Shown here: positions 60,012-64,000 of the stretch, in pieces
How the letters are laid out: each line of letters begins with the position of its first letter
Numbering within the stretch: the first letter of the stretch is position 1
DNA from: Eubacteriales bacterium
GTDB taxonomy: Bacteria; Bacillota; Clostridia; Oscillospirales; CAG-272
DNA length: 64,000 bases
Assembly (NCBI GenBank): GCA_045127455.1
Contig: JBGVQK010000074.1
Span: 6,431 to 70,430 of the forward strand
Reading direction: 5' to 3'
The notes under the pieces: model-generated
The model's input: only the letters and a program-made list of their open reading frames with translations
Database searches by the model: none
Told to the model about the DNA's origin: nothing
Made by a program: the position numbers and the translations under genes

Positions 60012-61448
60012 TCAAGTTTTTTGGCTTTTAAATTTTTCAAGTTGTTTTTTAATGAATTCGTATGCCGTTTTGTCATCTTTAAACTTATGAAGTTTGTATT
60101 TAACCCAAGAAGTTTGAATAATTATCCGTTTATTATATTCTACTTGAATAATATTTTCATAATCCACATTAAAAGACGTGTTGTATCCGTTGTTTTTTAA
60201 TCTGTTTTCATAAATTTCCAAACATCTTGTTTGTTCATAACCGGATCGTTTGTTTTTGATAAAGCCAATCAAAGCAGCAATCAAAACAATCAATATTGTT
60301 ACTAAAGAAAGGCCGGGTCCCATAATAAAGTAAAAAGCCCATTTCATTTGCGGATTTGAGTACTGGAAGGTGAGCCATAGCCCATTATGAAGAATGAGCA
60401 TAAACATCATACCTTGAAAGAGGGTAATCCATGGATAAGCAGCACTGTATTTGTGAGAATAGAGCAGTTCGCCATAATCAAGCGAATCCTCTGAAAAATC
60501 TTCATCATCACTGAATGGAAATAGATCAAAGAGCAAGCCCTTTTGCTCACACGCTTTCTGAAATTCTTGAATTTTGTTTGTTGTTTTTTTTGAGAGTCTA
60601 AGATTGTTTTCAAATTTGAAAAAGCCGTAAACAATATCTCCGCTCGGCATTAGGCAACGATGAACATTATCCATATTTTCTAAGTATCCCAAGACGCTTC
60701 TTTGTTTAAGATCCAAAATGTTGTTTCCTGCAGGATCAATCTCAACCCATCCATTTTTGCTTTTGATAAGCAATTTATCATTGGAAAAACGATACTCAAA
60801 TTGATTGATATCTATTCTTTTTTCAAACAAGGGTTTAAATTTGATCTGCTTTGCTTTGAGGACTTTCTCATTTTCACAAAACATGGGATCAAAGGAAAAC
60901 TCGACGTATTCATCATCCTTGCGCATATCGCACCAAGAAAAGGTTTCGCCTATAATCAAACTGTTTTCGATAACGTCGTGGCATTTTAGGATGATCAAAG
61001 ATCCACAACTTGTGTCAAGCAGAATCTCGAGAATTCCGTCTTTCTCTTGCATCCCCAAAATATATCCGTCGTGGAATGCCCCTGAATTCATATCAAGAGC
61101 GTCAAGATCGAACGAGGACTTAATTTCCGTGTATTCTTGCGGTTTTGATTGATTCAAAATTGCTTTTGCATCTTGCAGCATTTCCAAACTATACTTTTGA
61201 TTTTTTACTGTTCTAAAAATATTTCTATCATTCCAATAAGACTTGAATTGAACATCATTGATAGCAAAATTTTTAGTATCATAATTCATAAAAAGAGCAG
61301 TATCGTGATTTCGTTTAAAAATATCCACCACGATCAATTTTTCAAACGAACTGTCAAAAACAACAACTTTGTTATTTGTACCTTTCATGGATACGGCAAA
61401 TACAGGCGAATAATAAACGCTGTTGTTATGCAGTATTTTGGCGAACAT
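60012..61448 (-). CDS. AT-rich hypothetical protein with two C-terminal TM helices
   Basis: 478-aa ORF, GAGGAGG RBS, TTGAAA-17-TATACT promoter; bounded by the 86-bp repeats. Confidence 0.8.
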   Translation of the reverse strand: MFAKILHNNSVYYSPVFAVSMKGTNNKVVVFDSSFEKLIVVDIFKRNHDTALFMNYDTKNFAINDVQFKSYWNDRNIFRTVKNQKYSLEMLQDAKAILNQSKPQEYTEIKSSFDLDALDMNSGAFHDGYILGMQEKDGILEILLDTSCGSLIILKCHDVIENSLIIGETFSWCDMRKDDEYVEFSFDPMFCENEKVLKAKQIKFKPLFEKRIDINQFEYRFSNDKLLIKSKNGWVEIDPAGNNILDLKQRSVLGYLENMDNVHRCLMPSGDIVYGFFKFENNLRLSKKTTNKIQEFQKACEQKGLLFDLFPFSDDEDFSEDSLDYGELLYSHKYSAAYPWITLFQGMMFMLILHNGLWLTFQYSNPQMKWAFYFIMGPGLSLVTILIVLIAALIGFIKNKRSGYEQTRCLEIYENRLKNNGYNTSFNVDYENIIQVEYNKRIIIQTSWVKYKLHKFKDDKTAYEFIKKQLEKFKSQKT

Positions 61449-61539
61449 ATATTTTCCACCTCCTCAAATGTTAATTTTAGTATATCATAGTATTGTGGAT
61501 ATTTCAATACTTTTGTTATAAAAAGGGGAGAAGAAGAGA

Positions 61540-61625
61540 AGAATTTGAACTCAAACGCGCAGAGTTCCATACCGGATTTCCACCATAAAGAAACAGCGGA
61601 GCGCATTGCGCTCCGCTTGTGTGTT
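61540..61625. repeat. 86-bp structured direct repeat, copy 2
   Basis: See copy 1; spacing 1627 bp. Confidence 0.93.
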
Positions 61626-61660
61626 TTTGTTATAAATTTTTAAAGATTGGTGGTTGCTGC

Positions 61661-62311
61661 TTATTTTAATTTTCCAAGCTTTGCGGTGTTTGCAATAACG
61701 ATCAGTGAGCTTTCCGCATCAAGCACCTGCTCGGGGTTGATGTTAACGTTAACCTTTTCGCCCTTTTTGATAGCAACGACGTTAAGACCGTACTTTTTAC
61801 GGAGATTTAATTCTATCAAATTCTTTCCGCACCATTCATCTCTCACGTCTATCTCGATCATAGATACACCCTTGGATAGAGATATCATATCAATGAAGCC
61901 GGAGCTAAGCAGATTTTTTGCAAGACGAATACCGGATTCAGTCTCGGGGAACACGACCTGATCTGCGCCTACACGGAGCAATATTTTTTGGTGCATCTCG
62001 TTAGCACATTTTGCTATAACAGTTTTAACACCTACTTCCTTGCAAAGCGTAACTGCCATCACACTCGCCTCAAGATTGCTCGCCATACAAACGATAACAG
62101 TGTCAATATTGCCAATTCCAAGACGCGAAATGACCTCTGCATCTGTCACGTCGGCACACTTGCAAACGGGCAGATATGCCGCTGCATCGTTTACGATTCT
62201 TTCTTCGGCATCAACAGCGATGACCTCCATGCCGTTCTCCACAAGCTCTTTTGCCACAGCTGTTCCGTATCTTCCAAGTCCAAAGACTGCATAAGTTTTC
62301 TTTTTTTTCAT
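61661..62311 (-). CDS. ktrA: TrkA/KtrA family potassium-uptake regulatory subunit
   Basis: GLGRYG Rossmann motif, GADQVVFPE, RCK_C GKNLIELNLRKKYGLNV. Confidence 0.85.
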   Translation of the reverse strand: MKKKKTYAVFGLGRYGTAVAKELVENGMEVIAVDAEERIVNDAAAYLPVCKCADVTDAEVISRLGIGNIDTVIVCMASNLEASVMAVTLCKEVGVKTVIAKCANEMHQKILLRVGADQVVFPETESGIRLAKNLLSSGFIDMISLSKGVSMIEIDVRDEWCGKNLIELNLRKKYGLNVVAIKKGEKVNVNINPEQVLDAESSLIVIANTAKLGKLK

Positions 62312-62322
62312 TGTTTTTCTCC

Positions 62323-63684
62323 TTATCCTATACTGATATCTTCCGTTGGCTCGGAAATGACGTTTTGACTTTCGTTTTTACTGCCGAGTGCCACCGCAAG
62401 CGAAATGGGACCGACTCTGCCAAGATACATAGTTACTATGATGATCAGTTTTCCAAACGTGTTCAGGGTTGCCGTCAGGTTTCTTGAAAGACCAACGGTT
62501 GCAGTTGCACTGACTGTTTCATAAACTGCATCAATGGCAGAGGCGTCGCTTGTTGCCATCAAAAGCAGGGTTGCAGCGGCGCATATAGCAAGAAACGTTG
62601 TTGTTACAGCAACCGCCTTTTTCAGTGATCCCTCCGAAATGCGGCGACCGAATATGGTTGCGTTTTTCTTATTGCGAATAGTAGCAAATGCCGAGCAGAT
62701 AATGACGGCAGCAGTTACGGTCTTCATACCTCCTGCCGTTCCTACGGGGGAACCACCGATCATCATTAAAAGAATTGATACGGCGGCAGAGGCATTTGTC
62801 AGGTTTTCCTGCGGAACGGAAGCAAAGCCCGCGGTTCTCGTTGTAACCGATTGAAAAAAGGACACCTGAATTTTATCAAAAAGGGACATCTCACCAATGG
62901 TCAAGGGGTTTGTGTATTCAAAAACAAATATGAGAATTGCACCAACGAGAATGAGCCCTGCCGTAACAGTTATTGCAATTTTTGAGTGCAAGGTTAGATG
63001 CTTGAAAATTTTGCGGTTCTTTTTTGAACGAGTTTTCATAACACGAAGCACATCCCACCACACAATATAACCGAGGCCACCGAGAATGATGAGTGCTGAT
63101 GTAACAATATTGATCAGGGGATTGGTGGCATAATTGCAAAGGCTGTTTTCTGCAATAATGTCGATGCCTGCGTTGCAAAAGGCGGAAACTGAATTGAATA
63201 CCGATATCCAAATGCCCTTAACACCAAATTCGGGAACGAAAACGAGCATATACAAAATAGCACCTATTGCTTCAATGATCAATGTACCAAACAGTACGTT
63301 TTTTACGAATTTTGCAAGTCCCGACATCGTATTCAAGTTAAAAGCATCCTGAATGAGCAATCGGTCACCAATGCCCATCTTTTTATTCAAAAGAAGCATT
63401 AGTCCTGACATGATGGTTATGATGCCAAGACCGCCGATTTGTATCAAGATCAGTATAACGATCTGCCCAAACGCACTCCACGTAGACACCGTAGGTAGGG
63501 TGACAAGGCCCGTTACACACGTGGATGTTGTCGCTGTAAAGAGCGCATCAAGATAAGGCACAGCCATTCCCGTAGCGGAGCTTATCGGTAATGCCAACAG
63601 CACACTTCCCACAAGAATGGTTACGAGAAAGCTGAGCAATATGATCTGCGTGGTCGTAAATTTCAATCTCTTTTTTCTAACCAT
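62323..63684 (-). CDS. ktrB: TrkH/KtrB family potassium-uptake membrane subunit
   Basis: TCVTGL, SAFCNAG, TTRTAGF, SATATVGLS. Confidence 0.87.
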   Translation of the reverse strand: MVRKKRLKFTTTQIILLSFLVTILVGSVLLALPISSATGMAVPYLDALFTATTSTCVTGLVTLPTVSTWSAFGQIVILILIQIGGLGIITIMSGLMLLLNKKMGIGDRLLIQDAFNLNTMSGLAKFVKNVLFGTLIIEAIGAILYMLVFVPEFGVKGIWISVFNSVSAFCNAGIDIIAENSLCNYATNPLINIVTSALIILGGLGYIVWWDVLRVMKTRSKKNRKIFKHLTLHSKIAITVTAGLILVGAILIFVFEYTNPLTIGEMSLFDKIQVSFFQSVTTRTAGFASVPQENLTNASAAVSILLMMIGGSPVGTAGGMKTVTAAVIICSAFATIRNKKNATIFGRRISEGSLKKAVAVTTTFLAICAAATLLLMATSDASAIDAVYETVSATATVGLSRNLTATLNTFGKLIIIVTMYLGRVGPISLAVALGSKNESQNVISEPTEDISIG

Positions 63685-63762
63685 AAGACTTTCCTCAAAT
63701 AAGCATAAAGGAACCAACGTTCTCTGCAGTCAGCTGGTTCCATAATAATTATCGTTTGTATA

Positions 63763-63791
63763 ATTATAACACATTCAGCCACTTATGTCAA
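63763..63791 (-). promoter_or_regulatory. sigmaA promoter of ktrBA
   Basis: TTGACA-17-TATAAT with TG extension. Confidence 0.8.
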
Positions 63792-63863
63792 TATGTTTTT
63801 TACGAGAAACATAATTTATAAGTCATATTTCCCCCTACGCAAAAAAGTGCAGAGTCCAATATC

Positions 63864-63969
63864 GAGGAGAATCAGAACTCAAACGCGCATCAAATGCAGC
63901 AAAAGATGAAACACACAGTGGCGCGTTATGCTCATTTTGCAAGCAAAATGAGCAGGAGTTGATACCGTA
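63864..63969. repeat. Longer variant (copy 3) of the repeat's left half
   Basis: GAGGAGAATCAGAACTCAAACGCGCA..(two internal hairpins)..GAGTTGATACCG versus copy 1 GAGGAGAATCTGAACTCAAACGCGTA-GAGTTCCATACCG. Confidence 0.7.
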
Positions 63970-64000
63970 ATTTTCAAGCGATAAAAGCCAAAGGGGTTGC

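Noticed and set aside
63690-63760. c-di-AMP (ydaO) riboswitch before ktrBA
   Set aside because: UTR too short and lacks the ydaO consensus motifs.
59913-63969. Repeats as a CRISPR array
   Set aside because: Units are 86 bp with kilobase gene-containing intervals, and there are no cas genes.

Overview
Chromosomal window from a spore-forming Clostridia-type Firmicute (inferred from sigmaA promoters, a T-box, a lysine riboswitch, mcsA-mcsB-clpC, and the sporulation genes ylmC, spoVFA/B and a spoIVFB-like gene). It is mostly housekeeping: ispE, thrS, glyA, dapA-dapB-lysA, ruvABC, ECF module with truA, two Clp ATPases, rpsB-tsf, dxs, truB, trmB, ACP, comEC, and Ktr/Trk. I found no integrase, transposase, prophage, CRISPR array, rRNA or complete tRNA. 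Two structures stand out. (1) Two divergent paralogous lipoprotein genes point outward on either side of the mcsA-mcsB-clpC operon. They share near-identical inverted promoter (45 bp) and signal-peptide (78 bp) blocks, but only one has a 152-bp leader-peptide/terminator insert, which makes this a candidate ~4.7 kb invertible ON/OFF switch for surface proteins. (2) At the right end, self-contained accessory genes are separated by a structured repeat (GAACTC..GAGTTC stem, tRNA-like TCCACCA end, terminator hairpin), resembling a cassette array. Also notable are several intact proteins with degenerate catalytic motifs (MgsA-like with a SOS box, P-type ATPase, ComEC nuclease domain), an XRE-HTH/FtsK-gamma fusion, and a DXS with a natural loop deletion. 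All calls come from reading motifs by eye; no database searches were run.
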